A DNA stretch of 64,000 nt from assembly GCA_963823035.1 (NCBI GenBank), contig CAWGKG010000018.1, positions 480,001-544,000 on the forward strand. Reading direction: 5' to 3'. The stretch is from an uncultured Gemmatimonadales bacterium. GTDB lineage: Bacteria > Gemmatimonadota > Gemmatimonadetes > Longimicrobiales > Gaopeijiaceae. The notes beneath the pieces were generated by a model. That model was given only the letters and a program-made list of their open reading frames with translations, was not told where the DNA came from and searched no databases. Positions within the stretch are counted from its first letter, which is position 1, and each line of letters starts with the position of its first letter. The position numbers were made by a program, and so were the translations under genes. Shown here one piece after another: positions 54,157-64,000 of this stretch.

Positions 54157-54192
54157 ATGCCCCGCCCTACCGTGAGAGGCAAGGCGGGGCAT
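54157..54192 (-). terminator. Hairpin/putative terminator after the desaturase gene
   Basis: atgccccgcc / ggcggggcat 10-bp inverted repeat followed by ucuuc on the minus strand. Confidence 0.55.
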
Positions 54193-54237
54193 CGGTCGCT
54201 CCCGGGGGCGGACGGCACGTCCCGGGATCGACGAACG

Positions 54238-55419
54238 CTACCCGGTGGCGATCGCGAGGTCGCAGACGCGCTCTGCCACGGCACGACGGAGCAGCTCGTG
54301 CGCGCGCACCACGATGTCGTCCAGGGACGGCGACTCGTTGAACATCTCCTCGGCGCGCTCCCGCAGCTCGGGCAGCGTCGGGAGATGGGGGAGCGCCAAC
54401 TCGGCCAGCCCCTCCTCCATCTGCTCGCGTGCGCGTCGCACGCGCTCGGAGAGGTCCTCGAAGGCGTGGGACTCGTTCCACGCCTCGCGCACCCGCGTCG
54501 CGATCCCCTCGAGCGAGATGCTCGCCGCGAGGTCCTGCGCCACCTTCTCGATCACCTTGCGGCCGACGGGCTTCTCACCCCGGACGATCGCCTCGGGCGG
54601 CTCGCGCAGGTCCCAGACCACGCCCGTCCACGACATCATCTTCAGGATGTAGTAGGTGATGTCGATCTCCCACCACTTGAAGCCCTGGCGCGTCGAGCTC
54701 TGGTAGTGGTGATGGTTGTTGTGCCACCCCTCGCCGAGCGTGACCAGCGCGAGGAGCCAGTGGTTGCGCGAGTCGTCACCGGTGAGGTAGCGCTGGCTAC
54801 CCACCTCGTGCGCCATCGAGTTGATGGCGAACGTGCCGTGGTAGAGCACCACCGTGCTGAGGAAGAAGCCCACGAAGAGCCCCGCCCAACCGCCGACCAG
54901 GAAGGCGCCGATGCCCAGGAGCACCGCGGGCACGAGATAGAAGCGGTCGAGCCAGCGCAACTCCGGGTAGCTCGCCAGATCGCGGATCGTGCCGTAGTCG
55001 GGCTTCCAGTTGTTGTGGTTGAAGATCCACCCTACGTGCGCGTAGACGAAGCCCTGGTGGCGGGGCGAGTGGACGTCTTCCGGCGTGTCCGAATAGAGGT
55101 GGTGGTGCCGGTGGATGGCGGCCCACCACAGCGCCCCCCGCTGTGCGGAGCTCTGGGCGAGGAACGCCAGGAGGAACTGTCCGACCCGGCTCGTCTTGTA
55201 GGACCGATGCGAGAAGTACCGGTGGTACGCGCCGGTGACCGCGAACATGCGGACGAGGTAGAGGATGACCGCCATCCACACGGCCTGGGCGGGAAAGCCC
55301 GTCCAGATCGCCCCGAACGCCGCGAGGTGCACGAGCGCGAAGGGGATGGCGGCGGGATAGACGATGTCGTCGTGGGGGGCGTGGGCGGAGTGATCGGCCA
55401 CGGGCACGGATCTCCACAT
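54238..55419 (-). CDS. Delta-9-type membrane acyl-CoA/fatty acid desaturase
   Basis: His boxes HRYFSH, HRHHH and GEGWHNNHH; DVHSP; WWEIDITY. Confidence 0.93.
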   Translation of the reverse strand: MWRSVPVADHSAHAPHDDIVYPAAIPFALVHLAAFGAIWTGFPAQAVWMAVILYLVRMFAVTGAYHRYFSHRSYKTSRVGQFLLAFLAQSSAQRGALWWAAIHRHHHLYSDTPEDVHSPRHQGFVYAHVGWIFNHNNWKPDYGTIRDLASYPELRWLDRFYLVPAVLLGIGAFLVGGWAGLFVGFFLSTVVLYHGTFAINSMAHEVGSQRYLTGDDSRNHWLLALVTLGEGWHNNHHHYQSSTRQGFKWWEIDITYYILKMMSWTGVVWDLREPPEAIVRGEKPVGRKVIEKVAQDLAASISLEGIATRVREAWNESHAFEDLSERVRRAREQMEEGLAELALPHLPTLPELRERAEEMFNESPSLDDIVVRAHELLRRAVAERVCDLAIATG

Positions 55420-55579
55420 GGGTCTGGAAGGGTCTGGGACAGACTACCCGATCCTACAGGGGACATGGAAAGTTAACGGCCGTAACCCCGACGGCGTAGG
55501 GGAGTCGGTGGCGGAGCCGGTCTGCGATCGCCATCCTTACCGCCCGCCGCAACCGTCCGAGTGACCCTCCGGAGGCCTC

Positions 55580-56911
55580 ATGCCCCGTCGCACGCTCCTG
55601 CCTTTCGCCCTCCTCCTTCTGGCCGCCGCGCCGGTGGGCGCGCAGACGCGCGAGAACCCGCTGAGCGCCGACATCGACCGGCTCGTCGCCGAGGTCACGC
55701 CCGAGGTGGTCGCCTGGCGGCGGGACATCCACGAGCACCCCGAGCTGGGGAACCGGGAGTTCCGCACGGCCGCGCTCGTCGCGGACCACCTGCGCCGGCT
55801 CGGCATCGAGGTGCGCACGGAGGTCGCGCACACCGGCGTGGTCGGCGTGCTGCGAGGGGGGCGGCCCGGCCCTGTGGTGGCGCTGCGGGCGGACATGGAC
55901 GCCCTCCCCGTGACCGAGCGGGTCGACCTCCCCTTCGCGTCGAAGGTGCGCACGGAGTACAACGGCCAGGAAGTGGGCGTCATGCACGCCTGCGGTCACG
56001 ACAACCACGTCGCGATCCTCATGGGCGCCGCCGAGGTCCTGGCGTCCGTGAAGGACCGCCTCCCCGGCACGGTCGTCTTCCTCTTCCAGCCGGCCGAGGA
56101 GGGCGCGCCCGCGGGCGAGGAGGGGGGCGCGGGCCTCATGATCGAGGAGGGCGCGCTCTCCGACCCCGCGCCGGAGGCGATCTTCGGGCTCCACGTATGG
56201 CCGACGGAGGTGGGCTCGCTCACCTACCGGGCGGGTGGCGCCATGGCAGCCGCGGCCGGGCTCTACATCAAGATCGTCGGGCAGCAGACGCACGGCGCGC
56301 TCCCGTGGGGCGGCGTCGACCCGGTGGTGGTGGCCTCGCAGGTCGTGCTCGGGCTGCAGACCATCGTCTCCCGCCAGACCGACATCACGAAGGCGCCGGC
56401 GGTCGTGACGGTCGCCAGCATCCACGGTGGCGTGCGGGGCAACATCATCCCCGACTCCGTCGTGATGGTCGGCACGGTCCGTACCTTCGACGAGGCGATG
56501 CGCGACGACATCTACGACCGCATCCGGCGCACCGCCGAGCAGATCGCCGCCAGCGCGGGCGCCGAGGCGGTCGTGCGCATCAGCGGGGGCGGCGCGGTGA
56601 CGTACAACGACCCCGACCTGACGCGCTGGGCCGTGCCGACGCTCGAGCGCGCCGCGGGTGCGGAGGCGGTCGCGGAAGGACCGCCGATCACGGGCGCCGA
56701 GGACTTCGCCCTCTACGAGAAGCAGATCCCCGGCGTCTTCTTCTTCCTCGGCGGCGTGCCCGCGGGTCGCACGCCCTACCCCAACCACTCCCCGCTCTTC
56801 TTCGTGGACGAGGGCGCGCTGCCGGTGGGGGTGAAGGCGATGGCCGGGCTGGCCGCGGATTACCTCTTCGACCACGCACGCGGCGTGAGCGAGGACGGGC
56901 CGCAGGGCTGA
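55580..56911 (+). CDS. Secreted M20 family amidohydrolase
   Basis: Signal peptide; RRDIHEHPELG, ALRADMDALP, MHACGHD, FQPAEEG, THGA, AEDF, NHSP. Confidence 0.94.
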   Translation: MPRRTLLPFALLLLAAAPVGAQTRENPLSADIDRLVAEVTPEVVAWRRDIHEHPELGNREFRTAALVADHLRRLGIEVRTEVAHTGVVGVLRGGRPGPVVALRADMDALPVTERVDLPFASKVRTEYNGQEVGVMHACGHDNHVAILMGAAEVLASVKDRLPGTVVFLFQPAEEGAPAGEEGGAGLMIEEGALSDPAPEAIFGLHVWPTEVGSLTYRAGGAMAAAAGLYIKIVGQQTHGALPWGGVDPVVVASQVVLGLQTIVSRQTDITKAPAVVTVASIHGGVRGNIIPDSVVMVGTVRTFDEAMRDDIYDRIRRTAEQIAASAGAEAVVRISGGGAVTYNDPDLTRWAVPTLERAAGAEAVAEGPPITGAEDFALYEKQIPGVFFFLGGVPAGRTPYPNHSPLFFVDEGALPVGVKAMAGLAADYLFDHARGVSEDGPQG

Positions 56912-56966
56912 GCGGAAGGAAGCCGGGCGCGCCGACCCGTTTGGGGGGGCCGGCGCGCGGGCGGCG

Positions 56967-57818
56967 TCAGGCCGCGCCGGCCCCTTCCTCCTGCTCGCGC
57001 GCCAGGAGCGCCATCTTCCGCTCCCGGCCCCAGCGGTAGCCGCCAAGCGCGCCTGTCGACAGGACCACGCGGTGGCACGGGATCGCGACCGCCACGGGGT
57101 TCGCGCCCACCGCGCGGCCCACGGCCCGCGCCGAGCCGGGCACGCCGAGGTGCGCGGCCAGCGCCCCGTAGGTCACCACCTGCCCCGCCGGCACCGTGAG
57201 GAGCGCCTCCCACACACGGATCTGGAAGTTGGTCCCGCGAAGGTGGAGCGAGAGCGGGCCGTTTCCGCCGCCCTCGAAGATGCGTCGCACGAGCGCCCCG
57301 GTGCGCGCCGCGTCGGCACGCAGGCGAGCCTCCGGCCAGCGGTCGCGCACCCGCGCCTCCGCCTCGGCGTGGGTCGCCTCTTCCAGGAAGGCCAGCACCG
57401 CGATCCCCCGTGCGGTGGTCGCGAGCGCGCACGGTCCGAGCGGCGTGTCGTGGACGCCCCACGCGAGCTCGACGCCCTCGCCGCCGGCGCGCACCTCCGC
57501 GGGCGTCATCGCGTGCACGTTCACCATCAGGTCGTGCAGTCGGCTCGGGCCGGAGAGGCCCGTGGCCCAGGAGGTCTCCAGGAGGGCGCCCCCGTCCTCG
57601 AGGAGGCGGCGTGCGTGCTCCGCCGTCACGAACTGGAGGAAGCGCTTGGGGCTCACGCCCACCGCACCGCGGAAGACCCGCTGCAGGTGGAACGGGCTCA
57701 TGCCCACGTGCGCCGACAGCTCGGCGAGGGTGGGCTGCTCGGTCCGGTGCTCGTCCAGGAAGCGGATGGCCTTCTCCATCCGGCGGTACGTCGGGATGTC
57801 CAGCGCGGCGTCGGTCAC
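56967..57818 (-). CDS. AraC-HTH / methylated-DNA-protein-cysteine methyltransferase (Ada/Ogt-like)
   Basis: MSPFHLQRVF...GVSPKRF, GLSGPSRLHD, GTNFQIRVW, ARAVGRAVGANP, active site IPCHRV. Confidence 0.93.
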   Translation of the reverse strand: MTDAALDIPTYRRMEKAIRFLDEHRTEQPTLAELSAHVGMSPFHLQRVFRGAVGVSPKRFLQFVTAEHARRLLEDGGALLETSWATGLSGPSRLHDLMVNVHAMTPAEVRAGGEGVELAWGVHDTPLGPCALATTARGIAVLAFLEEATHAEAEARVRDRWPEARLRADAARTGALVRRIFEGGGNGPLSLHLRGTNFQIRVWEALLTVPAGQVVTYGALAAHLGVPGSARAVGRAVGANPVAVAIPCHRVVLSTGALGGYRWGRERKMALLAREQEEGAGAA

Positions 57819-57954
57819 GTCTCCCTCCCTCGGCTCGGGTCACGCGAGGATGATCGCCGCGCGCCGGATGGCGCTCAACCCGATTCTTGCGCGGCACGCG
57901 ACGGGCAGGGGGTTCCGGCCCCGCGTCCACGGTTGTATTTTCAGATTCGCATTT

Positions 57955-58902
57955 ATGGATACGACTGCCCCGCCTCCGATCCTCGAGCATCTCCTCGCCC
58001 TCGGCGACGAGACGCGTACGCGCATCCTCCTCCTCCTGGAGCGGAGCGAGTTCACCGTCACCGAGCTGTGCGCGGTGCTCCAGATCCCGCAACCGACGGT
58101 GAGCCGGCAGCTGCGCACGCTCGCCCAGGACGGGTGGGTGAACGCGCGCGCCGAGGGGCGCAACCGCCACTACCGGCTGTCGGCCTCGCTGTCGCCGCCG
58201 TCGCGGGAGCTGTGGCGTCTCGTCCGTGACGGGCTCGGGCCCGAGGGGGTGTACGCCGCCGACGCCGAGCGCGCGCGCCAGGTCCTGGCCGAGCGCAGGC
58301 GGCGCTCCGCGGAGTTCTTCGCCGCCTCCGCCGAGCGATGGGACCACCTGCGTCGCGATCTGTTCGGCCACGGGGCGGAGCTGCTCCCGTTCTTCGGGCT
58401 CCTCGACCCGAACTGGACCGTGGGCGACCTCGGGACCGGGACGGGAGAGCTCGCCGCCACGCTCGCGCCCTTCGTCGCGCGCGTCGTCGGGATCGACCGC
58501 TCGGAAGCCATGCTGGAGGCGGCCGCCCGCAGGCTCGAAGGCTCCGCCAACGTGGAGCTCCGCCGTGGCGACCTGGAGGCGCTCCCCGTGGCGGACGGCG
58601 AGCTGGACGTCGCCGTGCTGTCGCTCGTGCTGCACTACGTGGTCGATCCGGCAGACGTGCTGCGCGACACCCACCGCGCCCTGGCCCCCGGTGGGCGCCT
58701 GGTCGTGGTGGAGATGCGGGCCCACGACCGCGGCGCGGAGTTCGCCGAGCAGATGGGCCACGTCTGGCCCGGATTCGACCCGCGCGAGATGGAACGCTGG
58801 ATCGCCGACGCCGGATTCGGACACGTGCACGCGCGGCTCCTCCCTCCCGATCCGGAGGCGCTGGGTCCGCTGCTCTTCCTCGCGACGGGGATCCGCACAT
58901 GA
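57955..58902 (+). CDS. ArsR-HTH plus SAM-binding methyltransferase-fold regulator (SahR-like)
   Basis: LGDETRTRIL...VTEL...QPTVSRQLRTL HTH; SAEFF...WD; VGDLGTGTG; LVLHY; immediately upstream of ahcY. Confidence 0.88.
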   Translation: MDTTAPPPILEHLLALGDETRTRILLLLERSEFTVTELCAVLQIPQPTVSRQLRTLAQDGWVNARAEGRNRHYRLSASLSPPSRELWRLVRDGLGPEGVYAADAERARQVLAERRRRSAEFFAASAERWDHLRRDLFGHGAELLPFFGLLDPNWTVGDLGTGTGELAATLAPFVARVVGIDRSEAMLEAAARRLEGSANVELRRGDLEALPVADGELDVAVLSLVLHYVVDPADVLRDTHRALAPGGRLVVVEMRAHDRGAEFAEQMGHVWPGFDPREMERWIADAGFGHVHARLLPPDPEALGPLLFLATGIRT

Positions 58903-58951
58903 GATCCCACCTTCATACGACCCTCCACCCATCGACCGACCGAGAGGCATC

Positions 58952-60437
<1,486 letters not shown>

Positions 60438-60472
60438 CCCGGCGGCTCGACCGCCGATCGGGCCGGAACGCG

Positions 60473-60514
60473 GAAGCCGCCCGCGCGGACGCTCAGGTCC
60501 GCGCGGGCGGCTTC
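60473..60514. terminator. Perfect 18-bp hairpin between convergent ahcY and TauE genes
   Basis: gaagccgcccgcgcggac-gctcag-gtccgcgcgggcggcttc. Confidence 0.75.
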
Positions 60515-60539
60515 GTCGGGCGGGCTTCCCCGCGGGTCG

Positions 60540-61301
60540 CTACCCCGCGATCAGGAGCCGGATCGCGAAGACCACGATGGTGACGGTCACCACGTTGCGC
60601 ACCCACCCGTGTCCCTTGAGCACCTGGAGGCGCACGCCCGCGAGGCCACCGATCAGGTTGCCGGCCGCCAGCGACAGGCCCATCGCCCAGTCCACCTTGC
60701 CGCTCCACGCGAAGAGAGCGAGCGCGAGCGGCGTGAAGCACATCACCAACGTGACCTTCACCGCGTTGCCGCGCACGAGGTCCAGCCCGCCGGCCGACGT
60801 CACCGCCAGGATCACGAAGCCGATCCCGGCCTGCAGGAAGCCACCGTAGAAGCCCACCAGGAAGAACACGCCCGCGAAGGCCCACCGCCGCACCCCCGCG
60901 GGCGGACCGACCGCCTCACCGCCCGTCGCCGAGGGCGTCGGGCGCCACACCGTCCAGGCCGCCACGACCACCAGGACGATCGCGAGGATGCGCTGGAACG
61001 CGACGTCGCCGATGCGTACGGCCACGAGCGTGCCCAGCACCGCTCCGACCAGCGCCGGCGGCACGGCCAGCCAGAGCCACGCCACCGTGGTCAGGCGCCT
61101 GCGGTGGAAGCTCCACGACGCGCCCACGTTCTGGATCAGGATCGCGACGCGGTTCGTGCCGTTGGCCACCGTCGGCGGGAGGCCGAGGAAGATCATCACC
61201 GGGAGCGTGAGCATGGAGCCGCCCCCCGCGATGACGTTGAGCGTGCCGGCCACCAGGCCGACCGCGAAGAGGAGGAGCGCGCTCAGGATGGGGTTGTGCA
61301 C
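60540..61301 (-). CDS. TauE/SafE family sulfite exporter-like permease
   Basis: AGTLNVIAGGGS, GLPPTVANGTNR, GFYGGFLQAGIG, GNLIGG; about 8 TM segments. Confidence 0.92.
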   Translation of the reverse strand: MHNPILSALLLFAVGLVAGTLNVIAGGGSMLTLPVMIFLGLPPTVANGTNRVAILIQNVGASWSFHRRRLTTVAWLWLAVPPALVGAVLGTLVAVRIGDVAFQRILAIVLVVVAAWTVWRPTPSATGGEAVGPPAGVRRWAFAGVFFLVGFYGGFLQAGIGFVILAVTSAGGLDLVRGNAVKVTLVMCFTPLALALFAWSGKVDWAMGLSLAAGNLIGGLAGVRLQVLKGHGWVRNVVTVTIVVFAIRLLIAG

Positions 61302-61324
61302 GGTGCGCGAAGTGGAGGTGACGA

Positions 61325-61352
61325 GGCCCCCCGCCCTGTCGAGCGGGGGGCC
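61325..61352 (-). terminator. Hairpin after the TonB-dependent receptor gene
   Basis: ggccccccgc / gcggggggcc 10-bp inverted repeat about 40 nt after the stop. Confidence 0.5.
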
Positions 61353-61392
61353 CGTCCCAAGGTGACGCCGCGCGGGCGTCGTGGCTACCCGA

Positions 61393-64000
61393 TCAGAAGA
61401 TGACCTGGAAGCCGAGGTTGAACGTGCGCGGCAGCCCGAGGTAGACCTCGGCGGACATCGCGTCGTGGCCGCGATCGGCCGCGCACGACCTGCCGTCGTT
61501 GTCCGCGCAGTTGAAGTAGCCGTTGAAGCTCGAGTTGTCGGTGGCGTCCTGGATGTAGAGGTTGTCGAAGAGGTTCAGGACGCTTCCGAAGAGCCGGACG
61601 TCTCCGCCCCGCCACGCCGGGATCAGATCGTTGATCCGGTACGAGGCGTGCAGGTCGAAGATCGAGTAGCTGGGCGTCTTCCACGACTGCTGCCCATCCC
61701 CCGCCACCGTCCTGCCGAAGGGATCGAACTGCGCGTAGTAGTTGAAGTTGCTCCGACCCTGGAGCTGGAGGTAGAGCCCCTCCACCGGGTAGAGCGACGC
61801 CGCGTAGGCGAACTGCGTCTGCGGCTGGTCGGAGACCTTCAGGTCCTTGATGTAGAAGGCGTAGTCGGTCGACGTCTGCCGGTCGCCCGCCACGGCGCGG
61901 CCGGTCGCGTCGTTCATGTACCACCAGTCGCCGAACGACGCCGCGACGTCGAAGCGGAGCAGGTCCAGCGGCTGGTAGGCACCCTGAAGCTCCAGGCCCA
62001 TGTGGCGCTCGTCCACGCCCAGGATGTTGGCCTGCAATTCGAGCTGCGGATCGTAGATCGTCTTCGTCTGATCCCGCCACGTCGTGTGGTACACGTTCAC
62101 GTCGAAGGACAGGCCGCGGTCCATCGAGCGGAAGCTGGCGCCCGCCTCGAACGAGAGGAACGTCTCGTTCTTCGGATTCTCGTTCAGGCGCCCGATCACG
62201 TCGTCGATCACGCCGTCGAGGATCGGCACCTTGGACACGTAGCCTGCGTTGCCGAAGATCGACCACTCGTTGTTGAGGTTCCGGTTGACGCCGCCCTTCA
62301 CCTGATAGCCGCCGATGTTGCCGCTCTCGAGCTTCAGCTCCCCGTTGGTGACGGGGTCCTGCTTGAAGTGGTCGGTGAAGTGGTAGGCGTTCTGCGCCCA
62401 GCCGAACATCCCGTAGAGGGAGCCGTCCTGGTTCGACCGCTCCAACTGCAGGTAGGCGCCGAGCCAGTCGACCTTGTTCGTGTTGTAGTAGTCGATCTTG
62501 TCGCCGAACGTCGCGTTGCGCGGGCCGGTGAAGGCGTTCCTCGAGTCCGTGTAGTACGCGCCTCCGAGGAGGTCACGCACGTCGCGGAAGTGGTCGATCG
62601 AGGCCTTGCGCCAGTCGATCCCGATCTCCGCCGTCACGTCCGACGCGAAGTCCTTCCGCAGCTTCGAGATCGTGCCGATCGTCCACTGGTTGTTGACCGA
62701 GCTGCGCAGGATGCCGGTGGAGCCCGTGGTGCTGGCCTGGTTGCGCGCGATGGTGGCGTCCCAGTTGGCGAAGCGCTGCGTGTACCCGTAGTCCCAGACG
62801 AGGGAGCCGATCGTGCCCGAGCCGCCGCCCCGACCGCCGGAGTAGTATCCCACCGTCGTCCACGACAGGCCGTTCCCGAAGTACGCGTAGTAGTTCAGGT
62901 TGGCTTGCGGCTTGTGGAAGTAGTTCTCGCGCTCGTTGAGGTAGTTGCTACCGTAGCGCTTGAACTCGCCCGTCTTGGGTCCCGTGCTCGAGTACTGCAG
63001 CCCCGAGTACGACGCGCTCACGGGCGCGACGTTCGGGCTCCAGAAGCGCCCTGCCTCCGGGAACTTGTCGAGCGCCGCCTGGCTGAATCCCAGCTCGCTC
63101 GCGTACTGGTGGCTCATCGTCGCCACGTTCAGCTTGTACAGGTTCTGGCCGTGCGCCTGTGGGGCGCCCACCGCGTAGAACTCGATGCGGTTCTTGCTGT
63201 TGATCTGGTAGGCGGCGGCCAGGTAGTAGGACCACGCGTCCGTGTAGGTGGCCAGACCGAAGTCCGTGCTCGACGTGCGCTCGGTGCCCGTGTAGCCCCA
63301 CAGGCCGTCGCCGGTCTTGCGTGCCACCGAAGCCGTGAGCGCGAAGCCGTCGTGCTCGCCCGTGTTGAGCGTGAAGGTCTCCTTCAGGAAGCTCCCCGAC
63401 CCGAACTCCTGCTTGTAGGAGAGGCCCGGCGCCTGCGCGGAGGGATCCGTGATGATGTTCATCGTCCCGCCGATGGACGGCGTCGCGAGGTTCACCGCGG
63501 AGAGACCCCGCTGCAGCTGGATGGACGTGGCCGCGTCGCCGAGCCCGTCCCAGTTGGACCAGTAGACCCACCCGTTCTCCATGTCGTTCACGGGCACGCC
63601 GTTGACCATCACGGCGGTGTTGCGCTGGCTGAACCCGCGCACGTTGATGCGCGCATCACCGGCGCCGCCGCCCTGCATCGTCGCGTACACGCTGGGCGTG
63701 ACGTTGAGGACCATGGGGAGGTCCTGCGAGGCGAGCTGGTTCTGGATCTGGACCTTCGGCACGTTCGAGTACGCGACCGGCGTCTTGCGCTCGACGGCGC
63801 GCGTGGCGAACACCTCGATGGCGTCGATCGCGACCGCTTCCTGCGACAGCCGGAAGTCGATCGTGCGGGTCTGGCCGCTCGTGAGCGTGACGTCCTCCAC
63901 GACCTGGACGCCGTAGCCGATCATCCGGGCCTCGACGCGGTACGGGCCACCTGCGCGCAGCCCCATGACCGCATAGCGGCCGTCGGGCTGGCTCAGGGCG
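61393..64000 (-). CDS. TonB-dependent receptor with N-terminal carboxypeptidase-regulatory-like domain (5' end outside the window)
   Basis: GPYRVEARMIGY, plug INVRGF...VMVNGVPVNDMENGWVYWSNW, IQLQRG, GGTMNII; C-terminal NLFD...PRTFNLGFQVIF. Confidence 0.93.
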   Translation of the reverse strand, partial: ALSQPDGRYAVMGLRAGGPYRVEARMIGYGVQVVEDVTLTSGQTRTIDFRLSQEAVAIDAIEVFATRAVERKTPVAYSNVPKVQIQNQLASQDLPMVLNVTPSVYATMQGGGAGDARINVRGFSQRNTAVMVNGVPVNDMENGWVYWSNWDGLGDAATSIQLQRGLSAVNLATPSIGGTMNIITDPSAQAPGLSYKQEFGSGSFLKETFTLNTGEHDGFALTASVARKTGDGLWGYTGTERTSSTDFGLATYTDAWSYYLAAAYQINSKNRIEFYAVGAPQAHGQNLYKLNVATMSHQYASELGFSQAALDKFPEAGRFWSPNVAPVSASYSGLQYSSTGPKTGEFKRYGSNYLNERENYFHKPQANLNYYAYFGNGLSWTTVGYYSGGRGGGSGTIGSLVWDYGYTQRFANWDATIARNQASTTGSTGILRSSVNNQWTIGTISKLRKDFASDVTAEIGIDWRKASIDHFRDVRDLLGGAYYTDSRNAFTGPRNATFGDKIDYYNTNKVDWLGAYLQLERSNQDGSLYGMFGWAQNAYHFTDHFKQDPVTNGELKLESGNIGGYQVKGGVNRNLNNEWSIFGNAGYVSKVPILDGVIDDVIGRLNENPKNETFLSFEAGASFRSMDRGLSFDVNVYHTTWRDQTKTIYDPQLELQANILGVDERHMGLELQGAYQPLDLLRFDVAASFGDWWYMNDATGRAVAGDRQTSTDYAFYIKDLKVSDQPQTQFAYAASLYPVEGLYLQLQGRSNFNYYAQFDPFGRTVAGDGQQSWKTPSYSIFDLHASYRINDLIPAWRGGDVRLFGSVLNLFDNLYIQDATDNSSFNGYFNCADNDGRSCAADRGHDAMSAEVYLGLPRTFNLGFQVIF

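Noticed and set aside
54072..54237. Glycine riboswitch upstream of the alanine/glycine symporter (also considered for gcvT)
   Set aside because: The conserved GGAGA...CCGAAG...CUCUCAGG elements are absent; only a terminator-like hairpin is present. gcvT has only an 8-nt gap upstream.

Overview
High-GC bacterial chromosomal window. Gene order and protein style suggest Gemmatimonadota; this is inference, as no rRNA marker is present. Left arm (1-17 kb): housekeeping genes, namely the clpX 3' end-lon-yihA, then a long minus-strand run aroC-aroK-topA-trmFO-xerC-hslV-hslU-argF-gcvT-mog-sigma54 activator. Centre (17-47.6 kb): a ~30 kb type IVa pilus locus. It holds pilMNOPQ plus a large downstream lipoprotein, two tandem minor-pilin cassettes, two tandem major-type pilins behind a sigma-54 promoter with an IHF-like site, two sigma-54 two-component systems (PilS/PilR and a second pair) and an orphan HisKA-only protein. 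Interleaved with these are a polyprenol-phosphate GT2 and four GT-C-like membrane proteins (TMTC-like TPR protein, YfhO-like protein, two paralogous ArnT/PMT-like proteins), a candidate lipid-monosaccharide-dependent pilin glycosylation system. Right arm: LysM peptidase, SOD, dinB, BtpA, methyltransferase, Na+/alanine symporter, desaturase, M20 amidohydrolase, Ada/Ogt, SahR-like regulator-ahcY, TauE permease and a partial TonB-dependent receptor. A structured candidate leader RNA with a terminator lies upstream of aroC. About 13 genes carry single-base frameshifts, most likely long-read consensus errors. No CRISPR array, tRNA/rRNA or IS element was recognised. All calls come from reading motifs by eye; no searches were run.
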